A stretch of DNA of 52,682 nucleotides, the filler included, from Bipalium vagum (Eukaryota): assembly GCA_037834085.1 (NCBI GenBank). It is 2 parts of 2 records of this genome, joined end to end, with 100 filler letters (N's around TTAATTAATTAA, not from the genome) between each part and the next. Parts side by side here need not be neighbours in the genome. Positions count along the whole stretch, not along the records: positions 1 to 23,023 come from JBBMKC010214252.1; positions 23,124 to 52,682 come from JBBMKC010023554.1. One strand, written 5' to 3'. The position numbers and the translations under genes are program-made. Each line of letters begins with the position of its first letter. Position 1 is the stretch's first letter. Below, piece by piece: positions 13,200 through 25,259 of this stretch. The notes below the pieces were generated by a model. That model had not been told where the DNA came from. It was given only the letters and a program-made list of their open reading frames with translations, and made no database searches.

Positions 13200-13600
13200 C
13201 ATACCCCTATTATATGAACTTTCTCTTTCGCAGTGATAATTCATTATGAAGTAAAAACCTATCAAGCCAGTACGTTAAGGCTTTAAAATTCAGCATTTCA
13301 TTTTTGTTAGCCAAATCTACTGCAAAATTCTGAATGCCACATCTTCTAACGATTAATTCTCTTTTTCTTCGGTCAATGATCCAATCAGTTATGGTATTTT
13401 CAAATTCATTTATTGCTGGCGTTCTTCCCGTCCCAATCTTTCTCTTATTATTATTCTCTGCATCTGCAACCGACTTGTATAGGCTGCATAAGGAGATCTC
13501 CATCTTTGAACCATTTTTATGTTAAGGTTCTTTCCCTTACAGACTCTTCTACAATCGACTTCTTAAATTCTACGGTGAACTTTACTTAATTCAGCCATTT
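13200..13600 (-). mobile_element. pogo/Tigger-like transposase N-terminal (CENP-B HTH) remnant
   Basis: GTGRTPAINEFENTITDWI..FKALTYWLDRFLLHNELSLRK. Confidence 0.7.
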
Positions 13601-14359
13601 ATTATTATAATCATTTAAAAATCTTTGAAATTCTGAAATATTGATTTAATAAATTCTTTATTGATATGTATGTATGCGTAATAATTGTATGTTTATAGTT
13701 TTTATTTATATAGAATTTATATTTACTAACGCTTATATTCAGAGTGCCTCTTATTTTTTAACAAACATAAAACACGCTACCTCTTATATTCCTATATCGC
13801 TTGATGAAAGTATATTACAATAAATTATTGACTTATTTAAGAATTTTTTGTGAAGGAAAAGAATATTAACGAGATTATTTGAAGAGATTTTTGAAGAATA
13901 TGCTACTCAAAAATTTGTTAAAAAGTTTATATTTCGCAGAATTTGTCGCAGAAATCATTATTTCAAAAATATTTTTGTGGAAAGAAAATTTAAATTGCAG
14001 AAGACTTATATCATTCAAATTGAAATCTTGTAAGCCAAATGAATTTTTTAATAGAGGACAACTAACCTAAGCGGTCATTTCTAGAAGACCGAAAGGTGTC
14101 TAGCTGACAGCCCAAGTATTGGTTGAATATCCTGTTGATATGTGAACATAACTTATTTTCCTGTTTTGTTAATTTTCGAAACTAGAGATTTTGATTTTAT
14201 TAGTAAGTGAAATTTCGTTTTTTATTTCATTTTTGAAGACCGTTTTTGAAATAAATGAGATCACTTATAAAATAAATAACATATTAACAACTATTTTAAA
14301 AATATTGTTGATTGTAAAATTCGAATTTCAGCTTGTCATTTTTTAATTTTGCAGAAGAA

Positions 14360-15360
14360 ATGGATAATGATGAAATGAGAATTAAAGCTCGTTACTAGTT
14401 CATACTTGGAAATAATGACGTGACATCAAGAATGAGTCTTTAAAAAGTTAATGGAAATGATACAATTTCTATTTGGACGGTTCAAAACTTGTTCGCAAAA
14501 TTGAGATCTGGCAAATCAAGCCTTGAAAATAAACCAAGAGGTAAACCTGGAACAGTTCTTGATAACAAAGTGTTGAAGTATTTAATTAACTAAGAACCTT
14601 GCCGAACATCATGTGAAATTTAAAAGACATCACATATTCACCATACAGCTTTGACACATATTCATTTGATTTGTAAAGTCAGAAAGTTAAAAAATAGATG
14701 AATGGTTAACTGACTTTAAAAATATTATAAATCGTTTAGAAAGATGTTTGGGGCATCTGAAAAATAATTTCTTGAAGGAATAGTAACGTGTGATGAAAAA
14801 TGGATCTCCTACAACAATCGAAAAAGATCGTACCAATGACTTGACAAAAGTGAATCCTCAAATCTGTTTGACAGTCCTTTATCCATAAAATACAGCTCTT
14901 GATATCAGTTTGATGGGTATTCATGGTATTATTGATTATTTCTACATGCCAACTGTTGAAACAGTAAACTCGGATATTTACTGCGATTACAGACATAATG
15001 CATACAAACCTTAAGAAACAGTTCTCTGAATTGTGTAACCAACCAAAGATCTATTCTATTGCAAGATAACACTTGAACTCACGTCTCCGTGAAAACCATT
15101 TGGAAACTCTCGAATAAAAATTACGAACTTCGTCACCCACAATATTCACGAGATCTGAAAAATGGAATACAATAATTCTGTGATTCCCAAAGTCATGATT
15201 TATTTATATCTGGTACATACGCACTGGCAGATGTGTGTTGATACAGATGGAGCTTATTTTGATGAATAAAAGATTGTATAAAGAATTTTTCTCACTTATT
15301 TTTGACAAATAAAATTATATTACAAAAACGACATTTCTTTATATCCACAAACCTAATAAA
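14360..15360 (+). mobile_element. Decayed mariner element
   Basis: Fragments SLENKPRGKP, IVTCDEKWISYNN, ILLQDNT..H, HPQYSRDL and DGAYFDE; ends ..AACCTAATA. Confidence 0.75.
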
Positions 15361-16069
15361 TTTTTACAGTACCATTTATTATGAGAAAATGCTACAAGAT
15401 TAAAAATGAATTTATAGGAATTCGATCGCTTTCGAGTAAACCGTTCGGGCTCGACTGACAGTCCTAGAACTCATTTTTGTGTGTTCCGGTAATTTTTAAA
15501 TTTATTTCATTCTGAAATTTTTTTTTCGTGTTTTATCATTTTAATAAATTTAAATCATTTTCAAAAACTTATTGTTATTGTTGTTAACGTTATGGGATTT
15601 ACTGTATTACCAAAATATCGGTAATATGGATAAAGTTAAAAGATCAGGGCTTAATTTTAAAAAAATAATGACAAAGGAAAGATTCTTAATAATTATTAAA
15701 ATAAATGTTAATAAAAATTTTCTAGAAATTTCAATTTTTCTCATAAACTATCCATTATTTTTAAGTTTGTAATTAAAGACTGTGAGTAATTAATAATTTT
15801 CCCCAGATGTATTAAGAATTAGCAACATTTAAAGAGGTGAATACATTTGAGTACTCATTTCCTATTGTGATCTCTCATTGATTGTAACTGTTATTGATAA
15901 GAATATTTTTCTATTGTCTTTAAAATGATTATCACAGAACTGCATACACACTTAAACCTCGTTATAAGGGAAAAATTTAAATGAAATATATTTGTACAAA
16001 AATTGACTAGGAAAATTAATCTATTCCCGTTATATATCACTAATCTTTTGTCAATTTTTAAAATTTATT

Positions 16070-16435
16070 TTAAGACGCTTTTAACTGAAATTGTTTAAAA
16101 TTTAGAATTTTACTTTCCTTTGCTTCAGCATATCTATGTGAGAGTGGATTTTCAACACTTCTGCAATTGAAAAGCAAAGCAAGAAATCGACTTAATGTTA
16201 ATGCCGAAATGATGTTGGCATTAACACAAACGCAACCACGTATTTTAAAGCTAGTCAATATGTTACAATATCAACAGTCTCATTAAGATTTGGTGATTGA
16301 ATAAATGTTTTGTTATTAATAATAAATTATTAGTAGAATTAATTGTTATTGTATTTTATATATAGTGGGATCGCCAACATTTGTTTGGTTCAAAAATGGT
16401 GTCGCGATACCAAAAAGTTTGGGAAATCCTGGTTT
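16070..16435 (+). mobile_element. 3' end of a hAT transposon (dimerisation domain and terminus)
   Basis: LLSFASAYLCESGFSTLLQLKSKARNRLNV, followed by a ..AAAAAGTTTGGGAAATCCTG terminus. Confidence 0.7.
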
Positions 16436-16579
16436 AAATTATTATATTTGTTAGTTTTTTAAAACGAATAAAAAATAACTTTAAATATTGAAGAAAAAAA
16501 TGAAATTTTGATCTATCTTCAAACTCAATATAATTCCAATTTTAATTTCATTTTCCACAATTTTTAACAAAAATATTAA

Positions 16580-17220
16580 TTATAAAAACTAAAGTTCAAG
16601 CTTCTAAATTTGCAAGGGAGTTAGGTATTGAAACTTTTAAAGCACAAAAATGGTTAGATAGATAAATTTAAAAAACGATGTAAAATAAAACCAAGAGTTC
16701 TACCTGGAGAAAGTGGTAACCTAAATTTAATTTTAATTAAGTGTAGAAAACATGAAATGATAAATGTAATAAAAATCATCAAAAATCCGATATATATAAT
16801 GTGGACGAATCTAAAACCTTTCGTAATAATGATAAAGGTGTAAAACTTGATAAACACATAATAACTGTTTTTGCTGTTATGCTGATGGTAGGTGACAAAA
16901 TGAAATTATTGGCCATTGGGAAATCAAAATATCTCGATTTTGCAGTGGCATTAACATATCAAAGTTTGTTTCTTACAAAGCAAATTTTAAATCATGAATG
17001 AATAGTCTGGAATTTTTTAAAATTGGATTAATAAATTTAATGATTATATGAAATTCCAAAATAGAAATATTTTTTTTACTTTTAGGTAATTCATCTTATT
17101 TATAAAAATTGTCAACTATCTAATATGCATCTTTTTTTATGCCAAAAAATACAACTGATGCTTTACAACCCCTTGGTGCTGGTATTATATAGGCATTTAA
17201 ATGTCAATATAAGTTTATTT
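16580..17220 (+). mobile_element. pogo/Tigger-like DDE transposase remnant
   Basis: LGIETFKAQK(W).., LPGESG, KLLAIGKSK and NTTDALQPLGAGII*AFK. Confidence 0.6.
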
Positions 17221-18079
17221 TTATAAGTAATAAGTCAGATAAGATAAATTAAATATAGGCATGTGTAATTAACATATTATTTGACCGGATTTAATGGATT
17301 TATGATACGAGTTGACACTTTATCTTACTATGATACCTTTGGAGCTGTTTTTTTATAAATTTTATTGACTGTTATTTGATTCTAATTAATTTTGTTTAAG
17401 AAATTAAAGAATTAGTTTTAATTGGAATATTTTGTTTGGATTATAAGTCACTTAAGATTATAACACCATGTTTAACAATAGAGAGGAGTCAGAAGCTTAT
17501 AGGGAATTATTGTTTTTCATCAACATATTAACAGAACTTTACATTGGATTATTACTTGGTTTATCGAATTTAACAGCATACAAAGTAACGGAGTCAGATT
17601 AGTATAGTTTTGTTAATGTAGTTACTAACACATTTGAAAGCATTTATTTATTATTTTATTCATTAAGTTTAGTAAATTTAATCGATTTACGACGGGTTAG
17701 TGAAAAACTGCGAATTCTTACACTAAACAGTTATGACAATATGATTCACAAAATTCGATATTACAAATAAAAATTGTCTATAGGTAATATAATTTTAATA
17801 TTCTTCATAAAATTTTACTTCAAAGTTTATTTCCCAATAATATCGATGATCTTTTTGTGGATGCTTGGCTGAATATTAATTGAAATTTTAAATTGCAGTC
17901 TTTATTTTCTTGTGAATTCTGCGAACTGTAGTCTAGTCGCGTTCTGGAAATTTTATTTTGCAAATTTCTGACATCTTTTCATTTTTATAGGATTTAAATT
18001 GTAAATAAAAATTATCTAATAACAGATGTTATTAAGTTTAGATTCCATACATTTTATTTTAATAAATAATGTGTTAATT

Positions 18080-18570
18080 GTAACATTAGATACTGTTTTT
18101 CATTTATGAGATGAATTGGCTATATAATCTGAATGGCTATGTCAATAATCAAAATACAAGATTTAACCAACCTTCAATAGTGAGTCTATTCACCCGAATT
18201 GCATCTTCTTAAGATCACAATTTGGTGCGGTGTAACATCAGGGAAGATAATCGGCCCTTTATTTTTGAGAACGTAAAAGTAAAAATGCGGTTGCAGTCAC
18301 ATGCAACTAACAAAGTAAAATGTTGAAAAATCTTACGCGCTCAGAAATTGATAACATGTCTGAAATATCTGGTAGCAACAAGATGAAGTAACTACCAATG
18401 AAGTTGGTTTAATCAGCTCTATAGAAAGCGAATAATTTAATGAAATTCAGATTTTTAACAACCTGTACATTCTCCTAACCTAACAGCACCAAAATTTTTC
18501 CTTTGGGCCTAACTGAAAGACCCAGTGTATGTTAAAAAGTTCAGTACTATATACCGCCTTAAGAAAGATA
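18080..18570 (+). mobile_element. Tc1/mariner-superfamily transposase remnant
   Basis: NLNGYVNNQNTR, KITIWCGV..IIGP, QQDE and SPNLTAPKFFLWA*LKDPVY. Confidence 0.55.
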
Positions 18571-18844
18571 TTGTTGGGGTTCGACTCCCATCTTTAAAAA
18601 CTTCTGTAATTAAAATTTTTGGCGAAAAATTAAATAAGTGCTGGCTAATTTTAATCATGTAATTTAATGATTAATTTACATTAATTAACTAAATTTTAAA
18701 ATATTGAAATTTAGATATTATTTTAGGAGCAAATACTGATTTTTAATCAATAGCATGTCACCCTAAAATTCCGAAATTAAAATTTTTAGAAATCTTATCT
18801 ATTTTTAGAAATAATTAAATATAACAAGTACGTCATGATTGACA

Positions 18845-19110
18845 GCTTGGCCAATCAGAGACGCTAAAATAAACTCTGAAAAAGTATATAAGCCAGCTAA
18901 AATTCATTATTTTTCGCCCAGAAAATTATAAGGTATGATTTTGATAATTTTATTCTTGCTGACCAGGGTTTTCCCTGGTACAGCCTTGTAATTAAGAGGA
19001 GTGCTTGAGTTAGAGACTGCCTGTTGCAGTTTGTTGTGTGTGAGTAACTGCCGTTGCAGTTTTTTATGATTGTTTGTTAGGACTGCCTGCTGCAGTTTGT
19101 TTGTTGACTT
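18845..19110 (+). promoter_or_regulatory. Promoter-like segment of an unidentified repeat: CCAAT, TATATAA, a hairpin and three short direct repeats
   Basis: GCCAATCAG near 18850, TATATAAG near 18885, hairpin ACCAGGG-TTTT-CCCTGGT near 18962, and three ACTGCC(T)G(T/C)TGCAGTTT units. Confidence 0.3.
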
Positions 19111-19782
19111 TGTTTTATTTTTAAAAAATTTTATTGTACCTTTTTTTACACATATTTATATATTATTTATATTAAAATAATCCTTTTAATTGATAATAAT
19201 TTTGACAAGTATTATAAAATTCACAAGTAAAAATTAATGTCGTAATGAATAAATTATAATTATCTATGAATTTTCTGAGCTTTGTATAAAAAATCCGGTT
19301 GCGCAAATTTTAATGCAGTCTTCTTCAGAGTAGATAACCTGCATTAGAAATAACGAGTCGGATTAATAGTTCAAAAGACTAATTGTCTGAAAATGAAAAA
19401 AAGAAGATTTAATAAATAAAAGCAGAAACGAAAAATGATATTCACGTTCTGCGTTATTAAAGTAATTAATATCAGTGAATATAATAATTCGCCTAATTTT
19501 ATTCTAGTTGTGAGTTATAATAACCTTGAAAGTTAGAATTTTGAAATGCAAACTTATGATTTTCAGCTGTGTATTTATACTAATTTTCACTATTTACCCT
19601 GTTGTGCTGACCTCATCTTTTTGTCACTTAATTTCCTGTTAATAGCTTAATTCCTTAAGGGCTTGATCTCACTGTCATCAACTTCCTCTTTCACAAATAT
19701 CATTATATTAATTTTATATTTTAGTTAAATATTACAACATATTTTATTATATTTATTTATATGCCATCATTTAAATAATTTG

Positions 19783-19812
19783 TATATATATATATATGCT
19801 ATCGTGGAGAGA

Positions 19813-19848
<36 letters not shown>
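19783..19848. repeat. Interrupted (TA)n microsatellite
   Basis: Directly visible. Confidence 0.9.
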
Positions 19849-19850
<2 letters not shown>

Positions 19851-21479
19851 CAAGTTGATTTTTATTTCCGGAAAGGTTCTGTCGCATATTTTCGTTTTCT
19901 TTATTTTTTTTATTGATTTTCTTTATTAAGAGCTCTTGAAACTTTATATCGTCTACCTATAGCAAGTATTTTTTCTCTAGTTGTTTAATTAATTTTGTTC
20001 ACTTTTTTCTCAGTGTGGAAAAAAATCAAAAACCATATTATGAAAAAGTAATTTTATTTTATGTTTAATTAATTATATTTATAGATCAATCATTCCCTTC
20101 ATGCTCAACTATATCTTCAACAATGTCCTTTATTTTAAAATTAATTTTTTTATTCAACATAATTTTCTTTAATTTTAATTTAATTATTTTATTTTATAAA
20201 ATTCTAATTAATTTCACTAAATAATGTAAATGTAAATCGATCATTATTTCACATAAAATATTAAAATAAAAATGTAAATAAAGTAACTAAATAACAATTA
20301 AATGATAAGCTGATTTCATGCCGTTCAGAATAAAATTTAATTAAAGTAATCAAATCGAAAAATGTTTTTTAATTATAAAATGCTTTTTTATGAGGATATT
20401 TTGACTTTTTGAACAGATTTGAAATTTTGATAATTGATTAATTTGGGATTGGAAAATTATTTCCTTTTTCTTTTTAACTCCGACTTTTACGTGTTGCGCA
20501 ACCAAAGTTTCTTGTTTTTCAGACACCCAAAAAATTTGTTAACTATTCATCTTCATAATTATATATTTGGGAATATTTCAGAATTTTTGTTCATAATTCT
20601 GTCATACCAACGTATTGGTTTTGCACAGTTTTTCCTTGGTTATGAAAATCTTTTTTAGGAACTAGTCTATCAACTATGAAAAAAAAACTACACCAATTGA
20701 TCCGACAGTCAAAAATCAACACATATTTAACATATACATATTTGAAATTTAAATATCATCACATCTGTTATAGATTTTACATTAACTCTATGATACAAAT
20801 AGTATAAATAGCAATATTGACATCAAATATGAGCAGCTAAATGTTAAGAATTCCAAAAAATCGTAATCGTAGACTTTAAATTTATGTTTCACAGTGATAT
20901 TCGAATAAAACAATTTGGTAATAGTAGGTTTTCTTCAATTTTGAAACGTAAAATTCCACCAAGGACTTTATCAAGTTAGCAAAGGCAGAATTCTCATTAA
21001 ACGAAAAGAGGCAGATTTATAAAACGGTTCTGATGCTCTCGACTCATTTTAAAAATCTGCTTGGTGATTCCACCAATTTTATTCTTTATTAATATTTCAA
21101 TTATCGCTAAGATTTTCAGATAAACTCTTGGAATTTTACTCTGGTTTAATAATATTTTTAAAAAATTCAGTTTTAGAGAGATTTCTTTCAATTTATCAAT
21201 TTATTATTCAAAAGTTTCTAAATTATTTATTATGCTAAATTATTGAAATCTGTATTATAAATATAGTACCTGATCATTGAAATATACTTAAAGAAGTAAT
21301 AACGGTTTTTTTCATTCACTTAATTTAGAATGTTTTTCCTTAGTCCTTTTTCAACGTAATTCAGAAAGTGGTTATTTAATAAACTGACAAAAGCCAAAAA
21401 TAAATTATGTACATTACCAGATATGAAAAACTGTATTTATTCCATATTCCCTTATTTTTTAAAATCAGATATACATAAG

Positions 21480-22260
21480 AATGATAATTTAAAAGATGAA
21501 ATACAAAAATTAATTGAAATTAATCCGGCCCGTACAACTCGAAGTATTACAGAAACTCTGGGTAGCATTGGAATGAAGGTCACATCAATGACTGTATGTC
21601 GCTATTTACAAGCTATGCATTACACAAGAAAACGGTTATCTATTGTTCCTCAAGAACGGAATATTGATAGAAGACAGGAATATTGTCGATATATTGATGG
21701 TTTACCAGATCAAAATTTATTATAATTGGATTAATTGAAGGCCTGATACAGAAAGAATTTTTTTCCAGAAACGAGATGATTAATTCCAAAAAAAAATATT
21801 GTGAACAACTCGGCAGAGTATATGAATTAATTAAAACAAGACGCAAAAATCTTCATAAAGTGATTTTTCATCATTATAATGCACGTTCACAAAGATCTAA
21901 GATGACAAAGAAAATTTTGGACCACTACGGATGGGAAATTCTCTATCATCCACCGTATTCACATCGTGGCGTCCGATTATCTTTTTCGATTACTCCAGAA
22001 TGATTTACAAGGAATCCGATTTGATGACGAAGAAGACGTGGGAGTTTGCATAGATAACTGTTTTTCAAAGATCAAAATTTTTAAAGAAAGGATTTGAAAA
22101 ATTATCAGAACACTGGGCTCAACTGATCGAAATGGTGGAGGATACATCTTTTTAAGCATTTTAATGTTGAAGAAATTTTAATTGATGTATTATAAATAAA
22201 TCATTTAATAATTATTCAAATTAATTTTAACATGAAAATTGCATGAACTTATTGGATAAT
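21480..22260 (+). mobile_element. Composite remnant: IS630/Tc1-like HTH fragment joined to a mariner C-terminal fragment
   Basis: VTSMTVCRYLQAMHYTRKR (21423-21725), then VIFHHYNAR..GWEILYHPPYS..DYLFR and a ..CATGAACTTATTGG..TA TIR-like end. Confidence 0.7.
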
Positions 22261-22569
22261 ACATTCCGAGAAATATGTTTACCTAGTCGACAACGAAAAA
22301 ATTGAGAAGAAAATTTAAGAGTACAAGATTAAACCGATTAAATGAAAACCGCTTTAAGTAAACCCATTATTTTTTGACATAATTTTTATAGTAAATAATT
22401 AAAATTATTATTTTTAAATGATATAATTTTTGTAAATATCTTTTATTGATTTTATTATAATTTTAGATAAATATAATTATGTTATAAACTGAAAAACAAA
22501 CAGTAGAAACATGTCATCTAATAATAATTAAATAATAATGATGGTTCTGAAGCCGGTTACTTTTTAACT

Positions 22570-22894
22570 TCGGCATCTAAATTTGGCCGGACAAAGCCCC
22601 GCACATTACACTAAAAAGAGGTGAGACTTTTAGAAACCAAAAAATATATCTTTTGTGCCTAAAGACCGGAATCCAACAAATACTTCTCAATACCGTTCAA
22701 TCGAAGATTTCTTTGGAATTTTAAAATCTCTTGTTTATAAAAATAACTGGAGAGCTAATAAATGTCAACGATTAAAAGGAACGATTCGAGTATGCTTGAA
22801 AAAATGGACACAAAGACCGTATGAGGCTTGCAAAGACATCCGGATAAGTTTAATATATTCAGTAGACCATGGCCCGTATTCCATTGTACATTAA
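22570..22894 (+). mobile_element. Tc1/mariner-superfamily (maT-like) transposase C-terminal remnant
   Basis: WPDKAPAHY and FVPKDRNPTNTSQYRSIEDFFGILKSLVY. Confidence 0.65.
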
Positions 22895-22912
22895 TGAATG
22901 TAAATTATTATA

Positions 22913-23002
22913 ATATATCAGGTTGTGTAGTATGAAATTTGTAGATAATGTAGGAATGTAGGTATTCATTTTACAAATTTCATACTACACAACCTGATAT
23001 AT
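22913..23002. mobile_element. 90-bp MITE-like palindrome
   Basis: Perfect 31-bp inverted repeat ATATATCAGGTTGTGTAGTATGAAATTTGTA (22913-22943 and 22972-23002) with a 28-bp spacer, in a TA context. Confidence 0.75.
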
Positions 23003-23023
23003 AATACATTATTAATAATAAAC

Positions 23024-23123
23024 NNNNNNNNNNNNNNNNNNNNNNNNNNNNNNNNNNNNNNNNNNNNTTAATTAATTAANNNNNNNNNNNNNNNNNNNNN
23101 NNNNNNNNNNNNNNNNNNNNNNN
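23024..23123. other. Assembly gap or artificial linker
   Basis: 44 N + TTAATTAATTAA (stops in all frames) + 44 N. Confidence 0.95.
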
Positions 23124-23271
23124 GGACAGGGGACCTTGTCAAGATGTATACCCCCGAGGCAGGTAAGTTAGGTAAGTTTTATGTTATTTTCTTTTATTTC
23201 ATCCGGTTCTTGTTTCTTGTTCTGTTTGTGTGTTTGTGGTATGATTGATGGTTTGATGCACTATGGTGATG

Positions 23272-23342
23272 GGTGTTTGTTAGCAGTTTATTTGTAACAT
23301 TGTTGTTGGTGTTTGTTAGCAGTTTATTTGTAACATTGTTGT
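23272..23342. repeat. Two-copy 36-bp tandem repeat
   Basis: GGTGTTTGTTAGCAGTTTATTTGTAACATTGTTGT(T) twice. Confidence 0.9.
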
Positions 23343-24559
23343 ATGTTCTGTTCATACGGGGTATGTGGGGTCAAGGCCACGACCGGTGATAAACTGGCTA
23401 AGATGTATAAAAAAATATAAAATAAAATAAAAAAAAAGCATGGATTGTAAAACGTGTTCAACCGAGGGCCGGGTGCTAAATTCTCACAGTGCTGAGGCTA
23501 TAACATATAACATGCAAGAAAAACTTTTTCACAATAAATTTCAGAGGTGATTAGGAATATTTAGGAATAAAGGATTGCTTATGGATTTTGTATTATTATT
23601 ATTATTATTAATAATAAAGAATCCAAGGTCATTGATGTTTTAATCAGCAGACTGGACCGACTGATTCATAACATTGATGGTCGTTCAATTTTCCCACATT
23701 GTTTTCACTAACTTATGGACGGGCATTACCCATTTGTATGAAACCAGTTTGACACCAGTACATTTTGTTGCAGATTACAGGTATGATTTGACAAATGGAC
23801 GAGTTGACTGCGAAGCTACAATTAAGCAACTTACTGGAATCTTCAATAGTTGCGTGCAAAGAATTGTTGAAGGTGAACAATTTAGTGTGGTCCATAAGAA
23901 AATATTGTCAGCAAAACAGATAACAGATGTTCAGAAAGACAAAAAGGTGAAGTGATGCCGACAACACCGGAATATTACGTTGGAAAATAACCAGGAGAAT
24001 TAGATTAAAAATCGTTAAACCCTTTTAATAATACAAATACACTGGTAAATTAAACCAATATACGGCTCACGTGACTCGGCTGGATTTTCCATAGAGGTCT
24101 GCTAGTGTTCTTAAAAAAAAGGTTCAGATAAAAATGAAAAAATTGTGAAAATATAAAACTTGTTGAAAGTTATATAAAAATATCATTCTCACTCTCGTAA
24201 ATAATGTGGAAGTGGATCAATAAAGAAATAGAGAAAAGACAAGAACATGTTAGAAACGGAGGCCTGAAGATTATTTTGTTAAATCGTTGGAAACCTGATT
24301 TCTTTTTGAAAATAAATTCGATTTTTTCCGATTTCTGTAAAAGGGAAATTGACTTTGTTCAGCAGGAAACACTCGGAAAAGTGTCAAAATAGGGAAAAAA
24401 ATCACTTGAAAGAAACATTAAAATTTTTTGTCTGGTCCTCATGCCATGAGGTACTTTATACGAATTTAGAAATTACATCGTGTTCCCAAATATTCACATT
24501 CATAAACAGACGTTTGAAGACGGAAACAAAAGAATTTGAAAACATTTTCTCTTTGAATA

Positions 24560-25090
24560 ATATTGAAAGAAACAGAAAAGACCTCACAGAACGTGAATGA
24601 CATCATAAATTTATACAATGTTTTGAATGCAAATATGCTCTGCTTCAAAAATATGAAAGTGGTTTCAAAATCGGTAATCGAAAATCGGATGAGCTGCAGA
24701 AATTTTATAGTTAGAATTGATTGCAATCCAAACCAGTATTGATGGTCAAAATTGATCTGGGAAATGTATATTACCAGATAGAGTTGGATGATTCATTACA
24801 GGGCAGCGTTTTCAACGAAATCAGGACAATATTGCTTAACTTGAATGCCGTTTGGAATAGCAGCGGCACCTCGTACATTTCAAGAGTTGATGACGAAGGC
24901 ATTTAGACGATATTTTGATATATTCAGATAACATTCCAGAACACTGCAAGAAACCTGACATCGTTCTATAAAAGATAGTACAATCCGGTTTACGAGCAAA
25001 CCCGTGCAAGTGTAATCTGTTACAGAAGTGGATAATGTTCCTGGGGCACATAATTGATAATGATGGACTTGTCAAAAACAGAAGCCATCT
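24560..25090 (+). mobile_element. Ty3/Gypsy reverse transcriptase remnant; decayed gag/pro may extend upstream
   Basis: KIDLGNVYYQIEL, (H)LDDILIYSD and GLRANPCKCNLLQKWIMFLGHII. Confidence 0.75.
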
Positions 25091-25259
25091 AAGTATGAAC
25101 AAATTAGATATCTTAATGAAGCTTTGAATGAATCTTTTAAACTGAATACAAGAGTCATTGATCGAGAATTAACTATTACAAGGAAGAACAATGACTATGA
25201 GTTCGGACAATTTGTTGTTGAATATGGAACAATAATCAGTCGTAAGTGAAATGATTCTA

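Noticed and set aside
23068-23079. TTAATTAATTAA palindrome between N runs
   Set aside because: Artificial contig linker. No biological adjacency is assumed across it.
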